64,000 nucleotides of DNA from Candidatus Tepidiaquacellales bacterium UBA2330 (GTDB lineage Bacteria > Bacteroidota > Ignavibacteria > Tepidaquicellales > Tepidaquicellaceae): positions 3,773 through 67,772 of the forward strand of contig DDUU01000010.1 of assembly GCA_002344965.1 (NCBI GenBank). Direction: 5' to 3'. The notes under the pieces were generated by a model. The model worked only from the letters and a program-made list of their open reading frames with translations, was not told where the DNA came from and ran no database searches. Numbering within the stretch: the first letter of the stretch is position 1; each line of letters opens with the position of its first letter. Both the position numbers and the translations under genes were made by a program. This document shows, piece after piece, positions 38,138 to 46,896 of the stretch.

Positions 38138-38348
38138 TTAACATTCTATGTTTGGATGTTAACAGTTTATGTTTTGATATTAATTGTCTTCAACTTAATG
38201 TTAATTGTCTTTGTTTCCATGTTATATTTCTTCATTTAGATGTTTGCAGTCTTCGCTCGAAAGTTAAATGTCTGCTTTTTCAATTTAAGTGTCTTCGCTC
38301 AAAAGCTGAATGTCTGCTTTTTTAAAGTTAATAGTATTGTATGACAGG
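38138..38348. repeat. Ten tandem degenerate 21-bp direct repeats (consensus roughly TTAAnnGTCTtnnnTTnnAnG)
   Basis: The units begin at 38138, 38159, 38180, 38201, 38222, 38243, 38264, 38285, 38306 and 38328. Nine are 21 bp and one is 22 bp. No spacers separate them. Confidence 0.8.
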
Positions 38349-38635
38349 TTTCGGATTAAACAAATGAAGTTGCCCAACTGCTGAACTGTAATCAGGAAGC
38401 GGGAAGTTATGAAGCTGAGTTTATTTTACTGTATTGAAGTAGGTGAGTTTGTTCAGTCGAAGCGAATGTTATTGGTCAAATAACCCGAAGAAATTTTATT
38501 AATAAATAAAGGAACCCGTAATTTTTTTTTATGGGTTTTTTATTTTCACTCTAAGAGGTTAACTAAACCGCTAATGCGGTTTAGTCAATTATTAATGATC
38601 AATATATTTGTAAACGTTTGGACTTTACAGAGAAT

Positions 38636-40648
38636 TTACTTCACCAGCGACAGCTTCTTTGTCTGGTTAAAATTATCCGCGGCGAGCTTGCAGAAATAAA
38701 TTCCGCTTGCAAGTCCGCTGCCGTCAAATACGGATTTATAATATCCGGCTTCTTTGAATTCATTTACTAGAGTCTTAACTTCGCGTCCGGAGTTATCAAA
38801 CACTTTTAAAGTAATAAATCCATTTTCCGAAAGTCTGTAGGAAATATTTGTGACGGGATTAAATGGATTCGGATAATTCTGCATAAGCTCGGTCGTAGCC
38901 GGAATTCCTATCACGACTTCATTCGAAAGATTGATGTATTCAAAACCGCCGTTGAAATCGATCTGCTTCAAACGGTATTTGTATTTTCCTGAAGAAAGAT
39001 TTTTGTCATCGTATGTATAATTATTCTGCGAACTTGAATTTCCCGCGCCGTTTACAAAGCCCGCTTTCTTCCACGCTTCCTGACCTGCGGCGTCATTATC
39101 CGATCTCTGAATTTCAAAACCGGAATTATTTTGTTCAAGAGAAGTAGACCAGCTAAGTTTTACGGAATTTAGGATTACGCTCGAAGTAAATGACGAAAGC
39201 TCTACCGGCAAAGGACTGTCGCCGTTGAGGAGGATTGCAACTTCGTCTGTATTATATTCTTTAACGGCAATATCAATATCTCCGTCATTATCGAAATCTG
39301 CTGAGACAGATAATGGAGCATAATTAACACTATTGTGTACTATATAAGTAAATGTACCATCTCCATTATTAAAGTATTGAAGTAAAGGAGAAGCTTCAAA
39401 TATTGTAATAAAATCTAAAAACCCATCAGCGTTAAAATCATCATCCAAAGAATTATGGAAAATAGAAAAAAAACCATTTTCAATAAATAATCCGGTTCCA
39501 TTATTTTTAATATTAACGCCTGGAGATATTAAGTCAATATATCCATCATTATTATAATCGAATAACTTTGAATCTTTTACAAATAAGATAAACGGACCTG
39601 CCGGTCCTAAATTATGTGAATAAATAGTTTGGTTTGTAAATTCACCCTCTCCTACATTTGATAATGTAAAGTATGTTTTACAAAGATTATAAAATGTAAT
39701 ACTATTGCCCTCACGAAATCCATTAATACCAACTATATCAAGAGTACCATCATTATTAAGATCTTCTAACAAAGGAGTTTCTTCAATATAGTTTGCTGAA
39801 TTATTATTACATTGTGAAAGAAGATAATATGAAGTATCAGGAATAAAATTACCACTTATATTGAAAACCATTTTTATATCACTGTTTGAAAGATAATAAC
39901 AATAATCAAGAAATCCGTCTCCATTTAAATCCCCAAAATTTCCCAATCCACCTTGGAAAGTAGATAAAAAACTGAAGTTACCAAAGCCGTCATTTATAAA
40001 ATAATAATTGTCAAAAATATTATCTCTTCTCACTATGATATCAAGATCACCGTCATTATCAAAATCAGCCAATATTGAATATCCGGCTTCCGGCAAAGAT
40101 GAAAAATAAGTGAATACCGCTGCTCCGTTATTTTTATATGTTTTTTCATTAATAATAAGATCAACATCCCCGTCTGAGTCTAGATCTCCCGCTAATAAAC
40201 TATTTGCCAGCGGAGAAACAATTCCGGATGATTTTATAAAACTCCCCGTTCCCCCTATAGCTTTCGCTCTGAATGAATACACAAAAGGCGTTATGCTTTC
40301 GTTTGAAATTGTCTTTAATCCTGAAGTAAGAGTAACGCTTATTTTCTCACCGTTCTTAAATTGATTTACAGGATTTATTGTCAGCGTATTTGAAACTGAA
40401 TTATAATCTAATGATGCCGTCATCAGTCCCGTCTGATAACCGAATACTTTTATATTTTCGGCGGTCATTAGTGAACCGTTCATAAGCTGAGCGAAAGTAA
40501 TGACAATGTCCGATGACTTAACTACGCTATTAGCGTTCATTGGAGGAGATACAGTATTGATAAATTGATTAATTGGATTTGACTTTAGGGAAATCGAACA
40601 GGCGAAAGTAAGAATAAAGATTAATATTAGTTTGTTTGGGCTTTTCAT
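38636..40648 (-). CDS. FG-GAP/VCBS-repeat (integrin-alpha-like) protein with N-terminal Ig-like domain and T9SS C-terminal sorting domain
   Basis: A signal peptide is present. The Ca-binding loop is repeated (DLDSDGDVDL, DFDNDGDLDI, DLNGDGFLD, DLNNDGTLDI, DYNNDGYIDL, DFNADGFLDF, DFDNDGDIDI). The C-terminus reads NYPNPFNPVTNISY...SGIYFCKL...KLSLVK. Confidence 0.8.
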   Translation of the reverse strand: MKSPNKLILIFILTFACSISLKSNPINQFINTVSPPMNANSVVKSSDIVITFAQLMNGSLMTAENIKVFGYQTGLMTASLDYNSVSNTLTINPVNQFKNGEKISVTLTSGLKTISNESITPFVYSFRAKAIGGTGSFIKSSGIVSPLANSLLAGDLDSDGDVDLIINEKTYKNNGAAVFTYFSSLPEAGYSILADFDNDGDLDIIVRRDNIFDNYYFINDGFGNFSFLSTFQGGLGNFGDLNGDGFLDYCYYLSNSDIKMVFNISGNFIPDTSYYLLSQCNNNSANYIEETPLLEDLNNDGTLDIVGINGFREGNSITFYNLCKTYFTLSNVGEGEFTNQTIYSHNLGPAGPFILFVKDSKLFDYNNDGYIDLISPGVNIKNNGTGLFIENGFFSIFHNSLDDDFNADGFLDFITIFEASPLLQYFNNGDGTFTYIVHNSVNYAPLSVSADFDNDGDIDIAVKEYNTDEVAILLNGDSPLPVELSSFTSSVILNSVKLSWSTSLEQNNSGFEIQRSDNDAAGQEAWKKAGFVNGAGNSSSQNNYTYDDKNLSSGKYKYRLKQIDFNGGFEYINLSNEVVIGIPATTELMQNYPNPFNPVTNISYRLSENGFITLKVFDNSGREVKTLVNEFKEAGYYKSVFDGSGLASGIYFCKLAADNFNQTKKLSLVK

Positions 40649-40691
40649 AAATACTCCGTTATTTTTAAAAAAGTTAATAAAAAATTTTTTA

Positions 40692-42317
40692 TTATGGTTT
40701 AACTGTTGTTACAAAGTTATAAGAATTAGTTTCAACTATACTTAAATCATCTATATCGACGATATAATCTCCGGTTAAATCAGATTTAACATAACCGGTT
40801 ACAGAATTAAAAACGTCGACATCAATTATCCCGACATCTTTAATATCAATAAAATTATCATTATTCACATCTCCTGAAAAAATGCAATATTCGCTCCCTG
40901 CATTTACCAAATTCCCTCCGTAGGCGGCGGAATATCCGGTAGTAAAATCATAATTTGCGACAGCGCCGTTAGAAATTGAAATTGTACCCGAGCTCCATGT
41001 CTCAAGAGAATTTCTTCCAAATACGGCAACATAATAATTCCCCGGAGTTACATGCGGAAAATTAAAATTACCAAGGAATGTTACAGAATCAATCACGGAT
41101 TTTACTTCGGAAGCAATACCGTAAGGAGTAGTCGAATTTCTTAACTGCGCGGATAAAGTGTCGCGTAAATTATGCTTTCCGGTTCCGGTATTTAAAAAGC
41201 CTTCTACCGCACAATTTATACTTACAACTGAAGGAGGTCTCCATTCATTTAATTTATCAATGCTCATTTTATATAGATGAATATTATAATACTTTCCATT
41301 AATTTCAGAAAAATTGATTGAACCATTACAACCGCCAGTTCTATATGTAGCATGTAAAAGAGTGCTTTCGGATGAATAAAAATAAACTGAATCTCCTACA
41401 ATTGTACCTACAGAATAAATTGTATTTATTGAATCGTGTAAAGCCATAAAAGGCTGTCTGTTATTTGTTCTGTGCCAATCCTCACCATTGTCTGACCAAA
41501 CTAATTCAACATCTGATGTATATTCGGGGTAAGTATATGGATAATCATTAGTCTCACCTCCATTATTACCTACTCTATACATTCCAACTAAGCCCCACCA
41601 GTCATCACCATTCCGGAAAACCTGCATATAATAAATTTGTGTTCTGAAATCGGGCGAACCTGAATTTATATATTCCATAGTATCAATTTCTACTATTGTT
41701 TTTCTGTTACTCCAGTCACCTGAATTTGCAAAATGCATACTGTTTTTCATTAATGCAATTTTTCTAACCCCGTTACCGAATGATATACATCCGGAAGTGA
41801 AACAACAAGACGGTTCTATATTATAAGGTCTGACATATCGCCAATATTCATAAGTGTCTTCATTCCATATAAAAGATTTATCCTCTCCAAGTTCCATTAC
41901 TTGAGTTTTATTCGAAAAATTAAATCCACCATCAGTTGAGAACATAGAATAAAAGTATGATCTATTTTTAAGACTAACAACTCTCCAATCATTATATCCC
42001 ATATACATTTTCATTGAATCCGGATTTAATACTATCGATTCATACATAGTATCAGTATAAACTCTTTGAGTATCTGCCCAAGTAATACCATAATCAGTTG
42101 ACCGAGCTAGATATCTTTTATCCCAGGAATTGCTATTGAGATAATACATTTTAAAAGTATCCTGCACTTCATAATCCTCATATATCATCGGCATGTAAAG
42201 AAAAAATAATCTGTGACCATCGCTGTTATGCGGAATTACTGCTGTCGGATATCTGACCGGATAAGTAAGCTGACTGAAAGATGGCGCAGGATTGAGAATG
42301 TTTAAGCAAGCAAGCAA
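40692..42317 (-). CDS. Asp-box (sialidase-like) beta-propeller protein with C-terminal dockerin-like repeat pair; N-terminus out of frame with its likely ATG/RBS
   Basis: Asp-boxes are STDYGITWAD, STDGGFNFSN and WSDNGEDWHR. The C-terminal dockerin-like pair is GDVNNDNFIDIKDVGII...DLTGDYIVDIDDLSIVE. The long ORF opens only at TTG 42317, while AAGGAG-N5-ATG at 42349 is in another frame across a (GCTT)4 repeat. Confidence 0.6.
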   Translation of the reverse strand: MLACLNILNPAPSFSQLTYPVRYPTAVIPHNSDGHRLFFLYMPMIYEDYEVQDTFKMYYLNSNSWDKRYLARSTDYGITWADTQRVYTDTMYESIVLNPDSMKMYMGYNDWRVVSLKNRSYFYSMFSTDGGFNFSNKTQVMELGEDKSFIWNEDTYEYWRYVRPYNIEPSCCFTSGCISFGNGVRKIALMKNSMHFANSGDWSNRKTIVEIDTMEYINSGSPDFRTQIYYMQVFRNGDDWWGLVGMYRVGNNGGETNDYPYTYPEYTSDVELVWSDNGEDWHRTNNRQPFMALHDSINTIYSVGTIVGDSVYFYSSESTLLHATYRTGGCNGSINFSEINGKYYNIHLYKMSIDKLNEWRPPSVVSINCAVEGFLNTGTGKHNLRDTLSAQLRNSTTPYGIASEVKSVIDSVTFLGNFNFPHVTPGNYYVAVFGRNSLETWSSGTISISNGAVANYDFTTGYSAAYGGNLVNAGSEYCIFSGDVNNDNFIDIKDVGIIDVDVFNSVTGYVKSDLTGDYIVDIDDLSIVETNSYNFVTTVKP

Positions 42318-42319
42318 GC
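42304..42319. repeat. Tetranucleotide repeat (AAGC)4, which reads (GCTT)4 on the coding strand
   Basis: It is read directly as tttAAGCAAGCAAGCAAGCAttttt. It lies between the RBS-linked ATG (42349) and the long ORF. Confidence 0.9.
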
Positions 42320-42496
42320 ATTTTTAAGAGCAGTAATATGATTCTTCATAACTTCTCCTTTTTTATTTATAGAAAGTTATGGATAAGGATTTTTGAAAAC
42401 AAGACTTATTTACAAGAAGATAGAAAAAAGAAGCGTTTAAAATAGTTCTCAATAATTCACACCAAATTAATTATATTTGTAAAAAATTATACTATC

Positions 42497-43525
42497 ATGG
42501 AAAAGAAAATCAACAGAAGAGATCTTTTAAAAAGTCTCGGCGCAATTAGCGTCGGCTCCGCAATATCCGGAATTTTACCGGCAAAAACTTTTTCTGCGGA
42601 TAATGAAATTACTGATATTTCAAAGCTGCCTTCATTATATAAAGGTTCTCCCATTTGCTGGCTTACACCGCAGAAAACAGAAGGTCCCTACTATTTCAAT
42701 CCGAATCTCATGAGAAGTGATATCAGGATAAGCACAAATAATAATGTATTTCACGACGGCATACAGCTGAATATGGCAATCACTGTAATAGATATTGACT
42801 GTAATCCCGTGCAGAATGTTTTGGTCGATGTATGGCATTGTAATAAGGACGGAATTTATTCAGGATATTCGCAGCCCGGCGGAAATTATGTAGGTCACGA
42901 TTTTATGAGAGGAATACAGATGACCAATGTAAAAGGTGTTTCGAATTTTATAACAAGTTATCCGGGGTGGTATCCGGGAAGAGCCACTCATGTTCATTTC
43001 AAGGTTCGTTTAAATTCCACAACATTTGTAACATCTCAATACTGTTTCCTTGACAGTGTTAATAATGTTATATACGCAACACCTTTATATTCAGGCAGAG
43101 GACCTAATCCAACTACTAATGCAGGTGACGGAATATTTAACAGCCCGGATCCGCAGTATCTTAGAATGACAGCAGAGCCGAATGCTAACGGAGGTTATGA
43201 CGGAACATATACTATAGGAATTACAGCCCCGACTGTGATACTCGATCCGCAGTATGAAGCAGACGGTTATTATCTGGAGCAGAATTATCCTAATCCGTTT
43301 AATCCCTTTACAAATATTAAATATAAAATACCTGCAAGCTCAAATGTCAGATTGACAATTTATGATATTCACGGAAAAGAACTTTTAAAGCTAATTGATA
43401 AAAGACAGACAGCAGGTGAATACACAGTAATATTTGACGGAACAAATTTCGGAAGCGGTTATTATTTTTATAAACTCGAAGCGGGAGATTATTCAAGAAG
43501 CAGGGAAATGTTGCTGCTGAAATAA
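42497..43525 (+). CDS. Intradiol ring-cleavage dioxygenase-like protein with twin-arginine signal and T9SS C-terminal sorting domain
   Basis: The Tat motif is NRRDLLKSLGAISVGSA. The dioxygenase core reads TEGPYYF...VDVWHCNKDGIYSGY...GWYPGRATHVHFKV. The C-terminus reads NYPNPFNPFTNIKYKIP...GYYFYKLEA...EMLLLK. Confidence 0.75.
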   Translation: MEKKINRRDLLKSLGAISVGSAISGILPAKTFSADNEITDISKLPSLYKGSPICWLTPQKTEGPYYFNPNLMRSDIRISTNNNVFHDGIQLNMAITVIDIDCNPVQNVLVDVWHCNKDGIYSGYSQPGGNYVGHDFMRGIQMTNVKGVSNFITSYPGWYPGRATHVHFKVRLNSTTFVTSQYCFLDSVNNVIYATPLYSGRGPNPTTNAGDGIFNSPDPQYLRMTAEPNANGGYDGTYTIGITAPTVILDPQYEADGYYLEQNYPNPFNPFTNIKYKIPASSNVRLTIYDIHGKELLKLIDKRQTAGEYTVIFDGTNFGSGYYFYKLEAGDYSRSREMLLLK

Positions 43526-43579
43526 AAATCAGCATTTATAACATAATATATTTTTAGAAAAATAATTTAAAAAAATCAT

Positions 43580-45577
43580 ATGAAATTTTTTACAAAGTTT
43601 TTATTGACATGTGTTTTTCTTTTCTCAATAAATTCAGGATCTGATGCTCAATGGTCTCAGAGCTCAGCCGGCATTAATGGCGGAGATGTGTTTTCAGTCG
43701 CAGCATACGGAAATAATGTCTTTGCCGGTACAAGTCTTTATGGTGTGTACAAGTCCGGAAACAACGGTTTGACATGGGATCAGACTTCACTGAATAACAG
43801 AACAATTTACTCTCTCACCTCAAATGGAAATGTGATCTGTGCAGGCACAAATCTGTTCGGAATTTATGTTTCAAGTGATAACGGAATTAGCTGGACACAG
43901 ACTTCTTTGAATTCACAATCGGTATTTTCTCTTTACTCCGCCGGAACAATTATTTATGCAGGTACAAATGAAGGTGTATATGTAAGTTCAAATAACGGGA
44001 GCAGCTGGAATCCGGCAGGTCTAAATTCAAATGAAATTTATTCAGTTACAGCTTCCGGTAGTTTTCTTTATGCAGGTGTAGGATTTGAAGCAGGTGTATA
44101 TTTATCATCTAACAACGGCGCAAATTGGACACAGACTACACTTAACAACAGAGCGGTATTTTCACTGCTTGCTCAAGGCAATTTTTTATGGGCAGGCACG
44201 AGAAATTACGGAATATACATATCAACAAACAATGGAAGCAACTGGACACAGTCATCATTTAATAGCGCAATTGTATATTCGCTGTCAGGATCAGGATCAA
44301 ATATTTATGCAGGCACAGAAAACGGAGTATTTGTTTCTTCTGATGCAGGAATAAGCTGGAATCAGACAGGGCTTGCAGGACAGATTGTTCAGGGTATTGC
44401 ATCATCGGGAAATGATTTTTTTGCAGGGAGTAAACGAGGAATTTATCACACGCCGGTTACAAGTATAAACTGGACCAAAAGTCAGCTGCACAATGTTTCC
44501 GTATTTACAATAAAAGATCTGGGAGGCAGGATATTTTCCGGATCCGGAGAAAACGGAATTTATTTCAGTGATGACGGAGGTTCAGTCTGGAATCAGTCCT
44601 CATTTAATGACAAGACAGTTGCCTCGCTTGCATTCGGAAATAATAAAATTTATGCCGGCGCAGAAAACGGAGTTTATATTTCTTCTGATAACGGTGCGAC
44701 ATTCAGCCTGTCTTCTATAACAAACGAACTTGTATTTTCACTCGCTGTAAATGGAAATTATGTATTTGCCGGCGGCGGTTACGGATTTCATTTTTCTTCG
44801 GACGCAGGGAATACATGGGAAGGTACTTCCTTTCAGCAGGTTTGTCTCTCCCTGGTTTACAGCGGAAATACTTTATATGCCGGCACATATAACGGAGTAT
44901 TCTATTCAACGGATAATGCGGCAAGCTGGACACAGACTTCACTAAGCGGTGAAATAGTTAACACGTTACTTGTTAACGGCAGCACTTTAATTGCCGGTAC
45001 AAGTTTCAGCGGAGTATTTATTTCAAATAACGGCGGAACAGACTGGGCGCAGACGGCTCTGAATAACAGGGATATATATTCTCTCGCAGTTTATAATGAA
45101 TATATTTTTGCCGGTTCTTATGAAAACGGAATTTTTGTTTCAGCCGATAACGGACAAACCTGGCTACAGAGAAATCAAAATTTAGGTAATCAGAATATTT
45201 TCGGATTGCTTGTAAAAGACGGTTTTATATTTGCGGGAACAGAAGGCAACGCTGTCTGGAAAAGAAGTCTGACGGATATAACAGGTATAAGTCAGTTAAG
45301 CTCTGAAACACCTGCAGAGTATAATCTCAAACAGAATTATCCCAATCCATTCAATCCGGTTACAAATATTTCATATGAAGTTTTAAAATCCGGAAATGTG
45401 AAAATCTCTGTATTTGATATCTCAGGAAAAAAATTGACTGACATTGTTAATCAGTTTCACAGTACAGGAAGTTATAATGTAACTTTCGACGGAACAGATT
45501 TTCCAAGCGGATCTTATTTTTACAGAATGGAATCTGCAGATTTCTCTTTGGTAAAAAAAATGATCTTATTGAAATGA
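43580..45577 (+). CDS. Asp-box/BNR multi-blade propeller protein with T9SS C-terminal sorting domain
   Basis: A signal peptide is followed by about 13 units of roughly 40 aa, each with an S-x-(D/N)-x-G-x-x-W-x-Q-T box (SSDNGISWTQT, SSNNGANWTQT, STNNGSNWTQS and others). The C-terminus reads NYPNPFNPVTNISYEV...SYFYRME...KMILLK. Confidence 0.8.
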   Translation: MKFFTKFLLTCVFLFSINSGSDAQWSQSSAGINGGDVFSVAAYGNNVFAGTSLYGVYKSGNNGLTWDQTSLNNRTIYSLTSNGNVICAGTNLFGIYVSSDNGISWTQTSLNSQSVFSLYSAGTIIYAGTNEGVYVSSNNGSSWNPAGLNSNEIYSVTASGSFLYAGVGFEAGVYLSSNNGANWTQTTLNNRAVFSLLAQGNFLWAGTRNYGIYISTNNGSNWTQSSFNSAIVYSLSGSGSNIYAGTENGVFVSSDAGISWNQTGLAGQIVQGIASSGNDFFAGSKRGIYHTPVTSINWTKSQLHNVSVFTIKDLGGRIFSGSGENGIYFSDDGGSVWNQSSFNDKTVASLAFGNNKIYAGAENGVYISSDNGATFSLSSITNELVFSLAVNGNYVFAGGGYGFHFSSDAGNTWEGTSFQQVCLSLVYSGNTLYAGTYNGVFYSTDNAASWTQTSLSGEIVNTLLVNGSTLIAGTSFSGVFISNNGGTDWAQTALNNRDIYSLAVYNEYIFAGSYENGIFVSADNGQTWLQRNQNLGNQNIFGLLVKDGFIFAGTEGNAVWKRSLTDITGISQLSSETPAEYNLKQNYPNPFNPVTNISYEVLKSGNVKISVFDISGKKLTDIVNQFHSTGSYNVTFDGTDFPSGSYFYRMESADFSLVKKMILLK

Positions 45578-45628
45578 AATCGAGATTCAATAAATTTTGT
45601 CTAACAATAAAACTTTAAATAAATATTC

Positions 45629-46825
45629 ATGAAAAAAATAATTTTACTTCTGGCAATTATGATAATGATATCGGCTGAATCAGATGCGCAGCTTGTACAG
45701 TCAAATTTTACAGGTGTACTCGTTCCTTCTTATATTGGATCAGGTACATCTTCAAGACTTCCGTTTATTTACAGAGCGACGGTAACAGGTCTTGAGCCTT
45801 TCACTAAATACAGATATTATTCTAATGCCTGCAGATATACTGATTTCGGAGGCACGAATTCCGGTGCAGGAAATCCGATTTTTATAAACGGATCAAACTA
45901 CAGATACTCTACATCCACTAATCTCGGCAATCCTTCAGGATATGATTCCATCACGACAGATGCATCAGGTTCATACACCGGCTGGTTTGGAATTGTGAAT
46001 ACAGGTAATGCAAGATTTACAGCGGGAAATTATGTTATACCTACCATTACTCTTGACAGTGCCGGTAACGGATCTGCAAAATACAGATTTGCATTAAACG
46101 ACTCTATAAAAGTTCTCGGGTTTTCAGATTCGGCTAATTCTAATTCCTGTACAGGATTTTACGGAATTTCTCTTGCAAGCCCGAAAAATATTGTTTCTGT
46201 TTATGATAATGTAAATAATTCAGGAAGACCTTTAACAATGGTCTATGTTGAAAATGAAGGTCTTGACACTAATGTAATTTCATCGCTTGCAGTATTTTAT
46301 AAGGATAGTGTGGATTCACGAAACGGAAGATGGGGAACTATGATTCCGAACATTCTATCGACAGGTGTAAGACGCGTAAATGTTCACAGAATCTCAGACG
46401 GTTCAATTGCAAATTTTAATACTGATGATGACGGTATCTGGCCAAGCGGAACCAGTACAATAAATCCGTCAGGCGGTTTAGTATCGCCGATACGATTATC
46501 GTCACAGGATATAATCCTCTCTGTGAAATTTGACAACACAATTCCGGAAAAATTTTCGCTCAATCAGAATTATCCGAACCCGTTCAATCCTTCTACAAAC
46601 ATAGATTTTGAAATACCTGTAAGCGGAGTATTAAAATTAAAGATTATGAATATTCTGGGTGAAGAAGCAGCTGTAATTCTAAACGGTTATTTTCATGCGG
46701 GACTTTATTCTGTTAAATTTAACGCAGGTAATTTAATGTCCGGCGTTTATTTTTATTCTCTTGAACTGAATGGAGAAGGGGGAAAATTTTTCAAAGAAAC
46801 AAAGAAGTTAATTCTGATTAAATAA
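45629..46825 (+). CDS. Secreted protein of unknown function with T9SS C-terminal sorting domain
   Basis: The signal peptide is MKKIILLLAIMIMISAESDAQ. The C-terminus reads NYPNPFNPSTNIDFEIP...GVYFYSLE...KLILIK. I do not recognise the N-terminal domain. Confidence 0.7.
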   Translation: MKKIILLLAIMIMISAESDAQLVQSNFTGVLVPSYIGSGTSSRLPFIYRATVTGLEPFTKYRYYSNACRYTDFGGTNSGAGNPIFINGSNYRYSTSTNLGNPSGYDSITTDASGSYTGWFGIVNTGNARFTAGNYVIPTITLDSAGNGSAKYRFALNDSIKVLGFSDSANSNSCTGFYGISLASPKNIVSVYDNVNNSGRPLTMVYVENEGLDTNVISSLAVFYKDSVDSRNGRWGTMIPNILSTGVRRVNVHRISDGSIANFNTDDDGIWPSGTSTINPSGGLVSPIRLSSQDIILSVKFDNTIPEKFSLNQNYPNPFNPSTNIDFEIPVSGVLKLKIMNILGEEAAVILNGYFHAGLYSVKFNAGNLMSGVYFYSLELNGEGGKFFKETKKLILIK

Positions 46826-46896
46826 ATCAGACGCTACTTTTTTCCGGTCATTTTTTCCGGAAATATATTTTTATATTAATCTAAAAATTTAACCAG

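Noticed and set aside
38050-38325. 91-aa ORF with a striking Cys/Leu heptad pattern (INILCLD VNSLCFD INCLQLN VNCLCFH ...)
   Set aside because: The heptad periodicity is simply the 21-bp DNA repeat read in the one frame that avoids the TAA inside TTAA. There is no RBS, the composition is implausible (Cys/Leu/Phe), and no known motif is present. I treat it as a non-coding repeat array.
38138-38348. Possible CRISPR array
   Set aside because: The repeats are contiguous with no spacers, they are degenerate rather than near-identical, and no cas genes are in the window.
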